Shown here piece after piece: positions 1 to 9,515 of a stretch of 64,000 bases of DNA (positions within the stretch are counted from its first letter, which is position 1; each line of letters opens with the position of its first letter). Source of the stretch: an uncultured Spirochaetota bacterium (GTDB lineage Bacteria; Spirochaetota; B62-G9; DRHN01); the NCBI GenBank assembly GCA_964521865.1, contig CAZFTJ010000016.1, forward strand, positions 20,302 through 84,301. Reading direction: 5' to 3'. The translations under genes were made by a program, and so were the position numbers. Under the pieces are notes generated by a model. It did no database searches. It worked only from the letters and a program-made list of their open reading frames with translations, and was not told the origin of the DNA.

Positions 1-2
1 CT

Positions 3-602
3 CGAACCGTTTACAATCGCGCCGTATTCGGCATTCAATCCTGCTGCGCTGGCGTCGTTCCAGGGCGCAGTATTGTAATTCTGGGCAATTTTTTTGGCGC
101 CGACACTGGTCGCTGCCAACATGTTTGTTTCATAGGCTTCTACAAGGACCCCCCGGTCGACGTCTGAACCGGCGTTGTCTATCGCTGAGTTGTAATCATC
201 CGCAGCATTCTCGACATTTTCGAAGAATGTGCCGTATTCATCGTTCTGTACGACTGTCGTAATTACATCCGACGGATCATCGAACGCAAGGTTTCCATCG
301 ATGAGATCTCCGATAACCGTATCCAGGTTCGGGGAAGCCCGGTTGAGATAGGCCGACGCCCTGCCGATATAGGCATCGGTCAGATCGCCGCCCGATGCGC
401 TTGCGATGACATCGGTGAAGTAGTCGATGGCCGCATCGTAGTCGCCGTCGGCAAGTGCATTGTACCCGGCATCAAGTTTCGCGTCGTTGCCCATTTTATC
501 CGGATTCACAAAGGGACTGAAAATGTTTATCGGCTTGCAGGATGTAAAAAAAACAATACCGGCGATCAATACGAGAAACAGTATATTCCGTGCGTGTTTC
601 AT
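3..602 (-). CDS. TPR-like lipoprotein (partial, runs off the window start; absent from the ORF track)
   Basis: Manual translation MKHARNILFLVLIAGIVFFTSC-KPINIFSPF...AGYNALADGDYDAAIDYFTDVI...AYIGRASAYL. ATG at 602 with GGAGA upstream, hydrophobic signal ending in Cys22, TPR-like helices, open to the window edge. Confidence 0.8.
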   Translation of the reverse strand, partial: MKHARNILFLVLIAGIVFFTSCKPINIFSPFVNPDKMGNDAKLDAGYNALADGDYDAAIDYFTDVIASASGGDLTDAYIGRASAYLNRASPNLDTVIGDLIDGNLAFDDPSDVITTVVQNDEYGTFFENVENAADDYNSAIDNAGSDVDRGVLVEAYETNMLAATSVGAKKIAQNYNTAPWNDASAAGLNAEYGAIVNGS

Positions 603-998
603 GGCGTCTCCATAAAAAGGAATAGTGGTTTTGAACGGGCCGGTTCTTACATAAAATTATAACACAGTTGTCCTGTATATTCAATATGACCTGAAAGTGT
701 CTCATTTGTGCGCCGTCAAAACCCTGTTGCAATTTTATTCTCGGTCGGTATAATAGAGTTTACCCGGGCACATATAGTTTGAATAATGCTGCCGATGCAA
801 ACCGAAAAGCGGATACGGCTCCTGCTTGCTTGATGCGGAAAACATGCCGCTTTACGGCGGCCGTACGCCGGAATTTAAGAAACACAGACAAATTTATTGT
901 GTGAATTTTGTTCCGCTCCTTATAAATTATCGGCATATGCATACAGGTTTATCGAGGGGTTTTTTAAGCGGGACGGAACAGTGGAGGAGGCTGATGAT

Positions 999-1037
999 AA
1001 AAAGAAGCCCCCCCGAAAAGGAGGAAAACGGGGAGGC
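999..1037 (-). terminator. Intrinsic terminator after the tRNA pair
   Basis: Minus strand GCCTCCCCG...CGGGGGGGC stem followed by TTCTTTTT, 10 nt after tRNA-Glu. Confidence 0.7.
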
Positions 1038-1046
1038 AAAAAACAG

Positions 1047-1118
<72 letters not shown>

Positions 1119-1121
1119 ATC

Positions 1122-1194
1122 TGAGCCGCGAAGGAATCGAACCTTCGACCCACGCCTTAAAAGGGCGTTGCTCTACCGACTGAGCTAGCGGCCC
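1122..1194 (-). tRNA. tRNA-Lys (TTT)
   Basis: GGGCCGC/GCGGCTC acceptor stem, TAGCTCAGTCGGTAGAGC D-arm, CTTTTAA anticodon loop, GGTTCGATTCC T-arm. CCA not encoded; 3-nt spacer to tRNA-Glu. Confidence 0.95.
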
Positions 1195-1205
1195 TGTCCT
1201 CGCAA

Positions 1206-1234
1206 AATATAGTAACCATAAAACGTGCGGTCAA
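1206..1234 (-). promoter_or_regulatory. sigma70-type promoter for the tRNA pair
   Basis: Minus strand TTGACC-N17-TATATT ending 11 nt before the tRNA-Lys 5' end. Confidence 0.65.
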
Positions 1235-1293
1235 GAATAATTTGGGCGAAGCTCGAGCTTGACGAGAACTGCACCGTAACAGGGAGACGGAAT

Positions 1294-2160
1294 GTGTACA
1301 GTATGACCGGATTTGCATTCAGGAGTTTCGAGTTTGAGGATTGCACACTGTTCATTGAAATAAAATCTCTGAACAACAAGTTTCTGGAGATGCGTTTCAA
1401 GCTTCCTCTTCAGATGGAACATTTCGAAGAAATGATCAGAAGTATCGTTAAAAGGTATGTAAAGCGCGGAAAGCTCGATGTAAACATTCGTGTCGTTGCC
1501 AAGGAACAGATGGAGTATAACTTCATGCGCGCTCTTTTTCGAAAATACAGCGGTATAATACGAACGCTCGAAAAGGATACCGGCTATTCTCTGAATATTT
1601 CGGTTTCGGATCTGTTGTCCCTGATATCTTTTTTTAACAGTTACAGTGATAGCGCCGTTGTCTCAATTCCTGAGAATGCCCTGCAGGAGGCGTTTGTCGA
1701 AACGATTGGAGAGTTCCAGGATTCACGGTTTCGGGAAGGTAAGAATACTAGGGATGACATTACGGGGTATATTCATACAATACTCGAATCTGCAGGAGCG
1801 GTAGAAAGCATGTCGCCGGCAATTATCGACAGGTACAAAGCCCAGCTTCGCGAAAAAATCAACGAGCTCATAGACGGCAGGACGGACGAAACAAGGGTTC
1901 TGATGGAAGTCGGAGTTTTCGCCAATAAGATCGACATCAGTGAAGAGGTATCGCGGATAAGGGGACACCTGAATAAGATGCTTGACCTCATACGAACAAA
2001 TGGATCGTGCGGCAGAGAGCTTGATTTCATGTCACAGGAGGTAAACAGGGAAATCAACACCATCGGCGCAAAAGTTCCCGATTACAGTATTTCAGAGAAA
2101 GTCGTTGAAATGAAGACGATTCTTGAAAAAATCAAGGAACAGGTGAGAAACATTGAATAG
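1294..2160 (+). CDS. yicC: YicC/YloC family endoribonuclease
   Basis: YSMTGF start and DISEEVSRI...GRELDFMSQEVNREINTIGAK C-terminus. Start moved to GTG 1294 after GGGAG. Adjacent to gmk. Confidence 0.9.
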   Translation: MYSMTGFAFRSFEFEDCTLFIEIKSLNNKFLEMRFKLPLQMEHFEEMIRSIVKRYVKRGKLDVNIRVVAKEQMEYNFMRALFRKYSGIIRTLEKDTGYSLNISVSDLLSLISFFNSYSDSAVVSIPENALQEAFVETIGEFQDSRFREGKNTRDDITGYIHTILESAGAVESMSPAIIDRYKAQLREKINELIDGRTDETRVLMEVGVFANKIDISEEVSRIRGHLNKMLDLIRTNGSCGRELDFMSQEVNREINTIGAKVPDYSISEKVVEMKTILEKIKEQVRNIE

Positions 2161-2713
2161 AGAGGCGATTCTTCTCGTTATTACCGCACCTTCGGGAACC
2201 GGGAAGACGACCATTTACAGGAAGCTGATGGCAAAGCGGTCCGACCTCTCCTTCTGTGTGTCGTGTACAACCAGAAAAAAGAGGTCTGGTGAGAGAGAGG
2301 GTGTGGACTACCACTTCATCGGCAGGGAGCATTTCGAGGAAAAGGTGAGGCGTGGGGATTTTATCGAATGGGCCGAGGTTCACGGAGAGCTCTACGGTAC
2401 CGACAGAGAAGCATTCACTCGGTGTGTTGAAATCGGCAGGGTATGCATCTTCGATCTCGATGTGCAGGGCGCGCTCAACTTCATGAGGGAATTTCCTGAA
2501 GCGGTAACGATATTTATTGAACCGCCCGGCATCGATTCTCTCAGGGACCGTCTTTTGACGAGGGGAACCGAAGATGCCGATACCATCAAAAGACGTCTCG
2601 ATAACGCGCGGAAGGAGCTTGAAAAAAAGGATTACTTTCAGTATATTGTAGTGAATAAAAAAGTTGATGATGCCGTTGAGGAAATAGAGAGGATAATCGA
2701 CGGTCAATCGTAA
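2153..2713 (+). CDS. gmk: Guanylate kinase
   Basis: APSGTGKTT P-loop, SCTTR...GEREGVDYHF, EWAEVHGELYGT. Confidence 0.97.
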   Translation: MNREAILLVITAPSGTGKTTIYRKLMAKRSDLSFCVSCTTRKKRSGEREGVDYHFIGREHFEEKVRRGDFIEWAEVHGELYGTDREAFTRCVEIGRVCIFDLDVQGALNFMREFPEAVTIFIEPPGIDSLRDRLLTRGTEDADTIKRRLDNARKELEKKDYFQYIVVNKKVDDAVEEIERIIDGQS

Positions 2714-2731
2714 AAGAGGAAGGTCTTACCG

Positions 2732-2929
2732 ATGCTTACCGTCTACAAAATTATCGATTATACCGAAAACCGATACCTGCTTGCGAGGGCCATAATGATT
2801 CGCGCACGGCAGATTAATTTTTTAGGCGATGACAAGCTGGAAAAATACGGGGGCAAAATCGTATCGCTTTCCATGCAGGAAGTGCTCGATAATGAAATCA
2901 AGTATAAACTCAGTACCGTGAAAAAGTGA
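2732..2929 (+). CDS. rpoZ: RNA polymerase omega subunit
   Basis: NRYLLARAIMIRARQI motif, 65 aa, directly after gmk. Confidence 0.8.
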   Translation: MLTVYKIIDYTENRYLLARAIMIRARQINFLGDDKLEKYGGKIVSLSMQEVLDNEIKYKLSTVKK

Positions 2930-3032
2930 GAAAAGGCATTTGCATGCCGAAGTTTCTCTTTAGATACCCGCCGCACTCAACCGCACTCGGGCTATTTAAC
3001 TGTATACAATAAAAATTCAAAAAAGGGCAGCA

Positions 3033-3959
3033 ATGGACGCGGCAAAGAGGGTTGTGTTCATATTCGGTCCAACCGGAGTGGGGAAAACGGAGCTTGCGGT
3101 GAAGGCGGCAGAAGGTATTGGAGAGATCGTATCCGTCGATTCAATGCAGGTCTACAGGGGACTTGAGTGCGGCACTGCAAAACCAAAAGACGATCAGCTG
3201 GACAGGGTGAAGCACCACCTTGTGAGTATCGTGCCCCCGGATTTCAGATTCAGTGCAGGCGATTTCAGGCGCCGTGCACTCAGAGCAATCGATGAAATTC
3301 ACCTTCGCAAAAAAGTTCCGGTGCTTGTCGGAGGGACCGGGCTCTATTTCAGGGCGCTTGAATACAACCTCTCCGGGGCGCCCGATGCGGATGTCGGCCT
3401 TCGTAAACGGCTGTACGAACAGGAGGAGCTGGAAAAGGGAGTTCTTTATCGAAGGCTGCAGGAAATTGATCCCGATACTGCCGCCGATCTTCACCCCAAT
3501 GACCTCGTTCGGATCATCCGTGCACTCGAGGTATTCATACTTTCGGGCGGAACGTTCTCCGCTTTTATACGTGAAAGCGGTGCTTCGACTGTGACGCCGC
3601 TTAAACTGGGCGTCACCATCGACAGACGGAGGCTGTATGAAAAACTCGAGCACCGCTGCAGGGGGATGATCGACAAAGGTCTCGACAGAGAGGTGTACCG
3701 GCTCCTGCAGGAGGGGTATGACGAGAAGTATCCGAGCATGAAGGGCCTGGGCTACAGTCATTTTATTCAATATTTCAAGGGGTGCCGTTCGTACGGTGAA
3801 ACGGTCCGACTTTTCATCCGGGATACGAATCGTTATGCAAAGAGGCAGTACACCTGGTTCAGGAAGGAGCAGGATGCCTTGTGGTTCGGGCCGGATGAGC
3901 ACAGCCGCGTCAGGGACTGTATTGAATCGTTTATGGGCATTCATAAGGAGGGCGTCTGA
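3033..3959 (+). CDS. miaA: tRNA dimethylallyltransferase
   Basis: GPTGVGKT, DSMQVYRGL..GTAKP, VGGTGLY, YAKRQYTWF. Confidence 0.97.
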   Translation: MDAAKRVVFIFGPTGVGKTELAVKAAEGIGEIVSVDSMQVYRGLECGTAKPKDDQLDRVKHHLVSIVPPDFRFSAGDFRRRALRAIDEIHLRKKVPVLVGGTGLYFRALEYNLSGAPDADVGLRKRLYEQEELEKGVLYRRLQEIDPDTAADLHPNDLVRIIRALEVFILSGGTFSAFIRESGASTVTPLKLGVTIDRRRLYEKLEHRCRGMIDKGLDREVYRLLQEGYDEKYPSMKGLGYSHFIQYFKGCRSYGETVRLFIRDTNRYAKRQYTWFRKEQDALWFGPDEHSRVRDCIESFMGIHKEGV

Positions 3960-5032
3960 TGTATGTTGTGATAATAGCAGGTGGGAAAGGCGAACGGTTC
4001 TGGCCGAAGAGCACCCTGGCATTGCCGAAGCAGTTTCATACAATAGTGGCCGAACGGACTATGATACAGGAAACATTTTACAGGGTGTATCCGGAAATTG
4101 GACCTGACCGAATCTTTATCGTCGCCCCGCCGCATCTACGGGAGATCATTCTGCAGCAACTTCCAGAACTGGTGGAGGAAAACCTGGTTGTTGAGCCTGC
4201 GGGTAAGAATACCGCACCTGCAATCGGACTTGCGACGGTGTACATACATAAAAAAGATCCGGATGCAACAATTGCCGTGCTTTCGGCGGATCATGTTTTA
4301 CAGCCGAAAACAAGTTTTTTAAAAGCCCTCGAGAATGCTGGTGATGTCGCCGGTCGGGGATATGTCGTTACATTCGGCATACAGCCTGTCCGACCGGCGA
4401 CCGAGTTCGGTTACATTGAAACCGGCGGGGCACTTGAAGGGCAGTACGATTTTACCGTACTCCTGGTAAAATCTTTCAGGGAAAAACCGGACGCAGAGAC
4501 GGCCCGGGATTTCGCTCGAAGGGGAACATTTTTATGGAATTCAGGTATGTTTATCTTCAGAGCGGATGTAATGCTTTCAGCCGTTGAAAGGCATATGCCG
4601 GGCATGTACCGGGGATTGATGCGCATAGAGAAAAGTATTAAAACGACCGGAGAGCAACGGGTAAAGGAGGAGGAGTACGACGGTTTTGAAAGCATCTCCA
4701 TTGATTACGGCGTTATGGAGAAAATAGAAAATATTGCATGCATACGGCCGGAATTCGAGTGGGACGATGTGGGTTCCTGGGGAGCGCTCGGCAGGCACTG
4801 TGACACGGATGACGCAGGAAACGTGGTTCGTGGAAACGCAGTTCTTTTAGAAGCCGAATCCAATATAATCGCCGGCGACGACGATACACTCATCGCCCTT
4901 ATCGGTATAAAGGATGTCGTTGTTGTGAAGGAAAAAAACAGGGTGCTGGTCTGCAAACGGTCGATGGATCAGAGAATCAAGGAGGTACTCGGGGAGATAG
5001 CGAAGCGGTCGGACGGCCGCCGGTACCTGTAA
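3959..5032 (+). CDS. Mannose-1-phosphate guanylyltransferase
   Basis: IAGGKGERFWPKS..PKQF, EPAGKNTAPAI, FREKPD, WNSGMF, WDDVGSW. Confidence 0.92.
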   Translation: MYVVIIAGGKGERFWPKSTLALPKQFHTIVAERTMIQETFYRVYPEIGPDRIFIVAPPHLREIILQQLPELVEENLVVEPAGKNTAPAIGLATVYIHKKDPDATIAVLSADHVLQPKTSFLKALENAGDVAGRGYVVTFGIQPVRPATEFGYIETGGALEGQYDFTVLLVKSFREKPDAETARDFARRGTFLWNSGMFIFRADVMLSAVERHMPGMYRGLMRIEKSIKTTGEQRVKEEEYDGFESISIDYGVMEKIENIACIRPEFEWDDVGSWGALGRHCDTDDAGNVVRGNAVLLEAESNIIAGDDDTLIALIGIKDVVVVKEKNRVLVCKRSMDQRIKEVLGEIAKRSDGRRYL

Positions 5033-5119
5033 TGAATTTGAAAAACAGACGGGTTTTATTTATATTATACAGGCCGTAGCTGTTTTCTCGCAAAATGAGC
5101 GGTATGAGGGGAATTTCAG

Positions 5120-5536
5120 ATGTCAGATAAAGATTCGTACGTTCCGGAGGCGTCTTTTTCATCCCTTGTGCTTACATTGAGCTCATCGGCATGGGTCGGA
5201 CTCGGCAAGATAGCAGACCCCCTGTCGGGTGAGATAAACAAGGATTTAAAATCCGCAAAGTTTACAATCGACACCCTGATAATGCTGAGGGAAAAAACAA
5301 GCGGGAACCTCTCCGACGATGAGAAAAAGCTGCTTCAGGTGGTGCTCGGCGATCTCCAGGGAAATTACGCTGAAGCCGTATTTACGGGGGAGGAGTCGGC
5401 TGAAAAACCCGCTGAAGCAGCCCGGGAAACTTCAGCAGGGGCGGATGCAGGGGAGAAGAGTGCGGGATCGGGTGATTCGAAGAATAGAGAAGCCGAAACG
5501 GACGGGGATCAAAAGGCCTCGGGAAAAAATCGGTAA
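5120..5536 (+). CDS. DUF1844 family protein with a low-complexity C-terminal tail
   Basis: LGKIADP...AKFTIDTLIMLREKTSGNLSDDEKKLL pattern. Confidence 0.8.
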   Translation: MSDKDSYVPEASFSSLVLTLSSSAWVGLGKIADPLSGEINKDLKSAKFTIDTLIMLREKTSGNLSDDEKKLLQVVLGDLQGNYAEAVFTGEESAEKPAEAARETSAGADAGEKSAGSGDSKNREAETDGDQKASGKNR

Positions 5537-5594
5537 ACATGAAGATCGAGGGGCTGATAATTATACGGGTACGTATATCAATTGAGGAGGGATG

Positions 5595-5684
5595 ATGCCA
5601 TCAGGCAAGAAACGGAAAAGGCAGAAAATTGCGAATCACAAGAGAAAGAAACGTTTACGGAAAAACAGGCATAAGAAAAAGTAG
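5595..5684 (+). CDS. 30S ribosomal protein bS22-like (AURKAIP1/COX24-type) basic peptide, 29 aa
   Basis: MPSGKKRKRQKIANHKRKKRLRKNRHKKK after GAGGAGG. Below the ORF-track length cut-off. Confidence 0.85.
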   Translation: MPSGKKRKRQKIANHKRKKRLRKNRHKKK

Positions 5685-5875
5685 GCGCTAAATTCCCGCA
5701 ATCACGGTACAGCACTTCCACGTGCCTGATGGGTTCAATCCATATAAACGGCGTCGTTCGGGCGGTGGCAATACATTGATATTTAACCAGTAGAAACGTA
5801 GAGGATGTTTCCGCCTGTGAACCGGGTTGTTCCGCTTGACCGGAATTTCAACGGATAAAACCATAGGACGATCAT

Positions 5876-6700
5876 TTGGCTGTTTCTCTTCCAATAGGGG
5901 AAAGAACCCTCATAATGGGAATCATCAATGTCACCCCCGATTCATTCTACAGCGGGAGCCGGTCCGGCGGGGTACGAGAGGCGGTTGAAAAGGCATTAGG
6001 CTTCGAAGAGCACGGTGCCGATATCATTGATGTCGGCGGGGAATCGACGAGACCCGGATCATCCGCGATATCCGTCAACGAAGAGATCAGTCGGGTTATT
6101 CCTGTTATCGAAGAAATCAAAAAGCGCACGCACTGCTTCGTTTCTGTCGATACCTATAAGGCCCCGGTTGCCAGACGGGCGGCAGAGCTCGATGTGCATA
6201 TCATAAACGATATTTCAGGCCTCAAATCGGAAACGTCGGTAGATCTGGCGCGTATTGTCGCTCAAAATGATATGTACATTATTCTCATGCATATGAGGGG
6301 GAAACCTCAAAATATGCAGGATTTTGCCCGGTACACCGATGTTTTCAATCAGGTGTCCGTGGAGATCGATGAATCGATACGTATAGCAACTCAGGCCGGC
6401 ATTGCAAAAAATAGAATAATTATAGATCCCGGAATAGGATTTGCAAAAAATGCCGGGCACAATCTCAGTCTTCTCAAACACCTTCCGGACCTGCGCAGCA
6501 AGGGGTATCCTGTTCTCGTCGGTTTGTCTCGGAAATCCTTTTTGAAGCCCTACTCCGGAGACGATCCTGAGGCACGGCTCATTTCAACAGTGGCAGCTAA
6601 TGCTATATCTATCTACCAGGGCGCCGATATTATAAGAGTACACGATGTAAAAGAGGCGGTGGAAACGGCGCGCCTCGTAGACGATATCAAAAATGCGTAA
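5876..6700 (+). CDS. folP: Dihydropteroate synthase
   Basis: IMGIINVTPDSF, DVGGESTRPG, DPGIGFAK, GLSRKSF, IRVHDV. Confidence 0.97.
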   Translation: MAVSLPIGERTLIMGIINVTPDSFYSGSRSGGVREAVEKALGFEEHGADIIDVGGESTRPGSSAISVNEEISRVIPVIEEIKKRTHCFVSVDTYKAPVARRAAELDVHIINDISGLKSETSVDLARIVAQNDMYIILMHMRGKPQNMQDFARYTDVFNQVSVEIDESIRIATQAGIAKNRIIIDPGIGFAKNAGHNLSLLKHLPDLRSKGYPVLVGLSRKSFLKPYSGDDPEARLISTVAANAISIYQGADIIRVHDVKEAVETARLVDDIKNA

Positions 6701-6740
6701 TGCCGCCGGTGAGCGGCACTGTGTGCTTGCCGGCGGCATT
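6699..6740 (+). repeat. REP-like GC-rich hairpin, copy 1
   Basis: AATGCCGCCGG...CCGGCGGCATT inverted repeat. Its first 20 nt recur at 8542-8561. Confidence 0.55.
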
Positions 6741-6827
6741 ATCCGAAGCAAACGTCCTGACAACAGTGAATAAGGAGCCGGCTGCAGGGTGTTCGTTTAT
6801 TGACTATATTAATCGACGAATTTCGCC

Positions 6828-7592
6828 ATGAATGCCATTTATAATATTCCCTGGGTAAAAACGTATCTCCTTCCGGTGATCGACATTATAATTATTGCTT
6901 TTGTGATATATAGAATTTACACAATGATTTCCGGGACACGGGCCATTCAGGTTGTAAAAGGTCTTGCGTTGATCATATTCGCCGCCTGGCTGTCCCGTTT
7001 TTTACATCTGGAGACCGTAAGCTGGCTTCTCAACCAGCTTATTCAGGTTGCCGCAATTGCGGTTATTATTCTTTTTCAGCCCGAGCTGAGACGGATGCTG
7101 ACCAGGTTGGGACAGAACAGGCTGCTCGGTGCCTTCTTCAGGGAAAGCGTCAATATAATAGACAGCATAACAACGTCCGTTGAAGAGCTTTCCAATAAAA
7201 AAATAGGGGCCTTGATCGTTATAGAGTCGCATGTGGGTCTCAAGACCTACATCGAAACGGGAGTGCATCTCGATGCTCTTCTTTCGAGTGAACTTATTGT
7301 GTCGATTTTCAAGAAGGATTCTCCCCTGCATGACGGTGCCATGATTATCAGGAGAGACAGGGTAGTGGCGGTGAAATGCATTCTTCCTCTCACCGACCGC
7401 ACCGAGGTTCTCGAGGGGTACGGCACACGTCATCTGGCTGCACTGGGTCTTGCGGAAGAAACGGACGCGCTCGTTATCGTGGTATCCGAGACAACGGCAA
7501 AGATATCGATCGCATGGAATGCGCATATTGAGACGGGTGTGTCCATAAAGCGTCTGGCCGAGAGGCTCAACGAGCTTTTAATGCAGAAATAG
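6828..7592 (+). CDS. cdaA: Diadenylate cyclase
   Basis: N-terminal TM helices, FQPELRR, PLHDGA and GTRHLAALG motifs (canonical RHR is RHL here). Confidence 0.93.
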   Translation: MNAIYNIPWVKTYLLPVIDIIIIAFVIYRIYTMISGTRAIQVVKGLALIIFAAWLSRFLHLETVSWLLNQLIQVAAIAVIILFQPELRRMLTRLGQNRLLGAFFRESVNIIDSITTSVEELSNKKIGALIVIESHVGLKTYIETGVHLDALLSSELIVSIFKKDSPLHDGAMIIRRDRVVAVKCILPLTDRTEVLEGYGTRHLAALGLAEETDALVIVVSETTAKISIAWNAHIETGVSIKRLAERLNELLMQK

Positions 7593-7606
7593 GAATAGTG
7601 TAACCC

Positions 7607-8530
7607 ATGAAAATACTCGGCAAGATTACACATAACTGGCACATAAAGCTCATTTCTCTTGCCCTTGCTTCCATAGTATGGATCTACGTGAACAGCCTGC
7701 AGGAAAAGGAGAAGTTTCTCTCCGTGCCCCTGTCGGTCGTCCATGTGCCGGAGGACTACCTCATTGCCAGTGAAATTCCGCAAACCGTGAAAGTTGTTCT
7801 CAGGGGAAGTGAAGAGAAGCTCGCGCTTGTGAATGAGGAAAAAATTGCCGCTGTTATCGATCTGAAAGAAAGCGGCGCCGGGCAGGTAAAAAAAAGAGTT
7901 AAGATCGATGAGAGCACAGTCCCGCAGAATGTCTCCATCAAGGAAATAACTCCCCGGACAATTGACATACTGCTTGAAAAAGCTCTCACAAAAAGCGTCA
8001 AGGTCGTTCCGGTGATTGTAGCAGACCTTCCATACGGGTACAACCTGGAAGATGTCGTTATCGAGCCCGACACGGTCGAGATACGGGGACCGGAGTCGTA
8101 CCTTAAAACCGTTGAGTCCGTATATACGCGGGAGATAAATCTGAAAAACGTAACGGAAACGACTATTTTCAAGGTAAACATCGATACATCGAACCCCAGG
8201 ATTACCCTGGGCGAGGTGCAGAGTGTGAACGTTCGGGTTGTGGTAAAAGAGGAATTTGTGGTAAAAAAGGTTGCAGGAATTCCCGTCTATGCTATGAATT
8301 TAAAGGATAATCTTACCTTTTCCATAAACGATATAGAGGTGTCTGTTCTTCTGAAGTTGCCGAAGAGAAAGGAGAAGGATTTTACGGAAGATCTGGTGTA
8401 TGTCTATGTTGACTGCGAGGATATAGAAAAACCCGGAGTGTACCATTTGCCGCTGCTGTTCAGATCCGAACGTGAAGATATAACGCTCGTGAAGATCGAG
8501 CCTGAAACAGTGCCTGTTGAAATCAAGTGA
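7607..8530 (+). CDS. cdaR: CdaR/YbbR family regulator
   Basis: KLISLALASIVWIYV anchor, YbbR-type beta repeats, follows cdaA. Confidence 0.88.
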   Translation: MKILGKITHNWHIKLISLALASIVWIYVNSLQEKEKFLSVPLSVVHVPEDYLIASEIPQTVKVVLRGSEEKLALVNEEKIAAVIDLKESGAGQVKKRVKIDESTVPQNVSIKEITPRTIDILLEKALTKSVKVVPVIVADLPYGYNLEDVVIEPDTVEIRGPESYLKTVESVYTREINLKNVTETTIFKVNIDTSNPRITLGEVQSVNVRVVVKEEFVVKKVAGIPVYAMNLKDNLTFSINDIEVSVLLKLPKRKEKDFTEDLVYVYVDCEDIEKPGVYHLPLLFRSEREDITLVKIEPETVPVEIK

Positions 8531-8541
8531 GAAGAGGATCG

Positions 8542-8561
8542 AATGCCGCCTGTGAGCGGCA
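8542..8561 (+). repeat. REP-like hairpin, copy 2
   Basis: AATGCCGCCTGTGAGCGGCA, 19/20 identical to 6699-6718. Confidence 0.5.
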
Positions 8562-8657
8562 TATGTTCATACGCCTGCGGTATGGCAAGCCGGTATTGCG
8601 CCGGCTGTATTTATGACGGTGTTGTCGGTATGAAGGAGGCTTCACAGGAGTAAACCG

Positions 8658-9515
8658 GTGGGGAAAGCAGAATTAAAGATTTCATATTACCTCAAGAATC
8701 CGTTGACCTGTCCGGTGTGCGGGACCGCATTTAAAAAGGAGGAGATGTTTTCGGGCGGAGGCCGGCTTATTGCCGGAGATATAAGCGACGAGCTCAGGCG
8801 CAGTTACCAGCCGAGCAGGAAAGTCGGCGAGATATACCCTCTCATCTTTCCTGTTACGGTGTGTCCGGAATGCCTGTATGCCGCTTACAGTGAAGATTTC
8901 ATTTTTATAAAAGAAAAGAACAAACCGGCTGCGCTCTCACAGAAGATCAAGAGACAGCGGGATATAAAGCTTGTTTTTCCTATAGTCGATTTCAGGAAAC
9001 CGCGTAATCTCTTCACCGGTGCTGCCGGTTATCTTCTCGCAGCCAGCTCGTATTCATTTCTCGGCAAGGAAAGGGCGCCCACCTTCAAGAAGGGGCTTTC
9101 ATGTCTCCGGGCTGCATGGCTCTTTGACGATCTCAATAGAAAATACCCCGGTCAGAACTACGATCGTATTAAGCTCATACTGTATAGAAAGGCTATGTCC
9201 TACTATGAAAAAACGGTATATATCGCCCAGACCGGAGAAGAGCGCATCGATTCGGTGAAAAATTTCGGCCCCGATCTTGACAAGAATTACGGATTCCAGG
9301 GCGTTCTCTTCATTTCCACTCTGCTCATGTATAAGTACGGCAATGAGGAAAATACCGAAGAACGGATTGCGAAACTCGAAGGGGCAAAAAGGATAATCAG
9401 CAAGGTGTTCGGTTCGGGAAAGTCGAGCAAGTCCAAACCTTCGTTTATTCTCGAGGCCTCGAAGAACCTCTATGAAAAACTTAATGAAAAGATCGCGGAG
9501 CTCGGCGGCGGATGA
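8658..9515 (+). CDS. DUF2225 family protein
   Basis: CPVC...CPECLYAAY zinc motifs and LRAAWLF, typical of the spirochaete DUF2225 family. Confidence 0.8.
   Translation: MGKAELKISYYLKNPLTCPVCGTAFKKEEMFSGGGRLIAGDISDELRRSYQPSRKVGEIYPLIFPVTVCPECLYAAYSEDFIFIKEKNKPAALSQKIKRQRDIKLVFPIVDFRKPRNLFTGAAGYLLAASSYSFLGKERAPTFKKGLSCLRAAWLFDDLNRKYPGQNYDRIKLILYRKAMSYYEKTVYIAQTGEERIDSVKNFGPDLDKNYGFQGVLFISTLLMYKYGNEENTEERIAKLEGAKRIISKVFGSGKSSKSKPSFILEASKNLYEKLNEKIAELGGG

Noticed and set aside
6699-8600. CRISPR array from the repeated hairpins
   Set aside because: Only two or three dispersed copies, no regular spacers and no cas genes.
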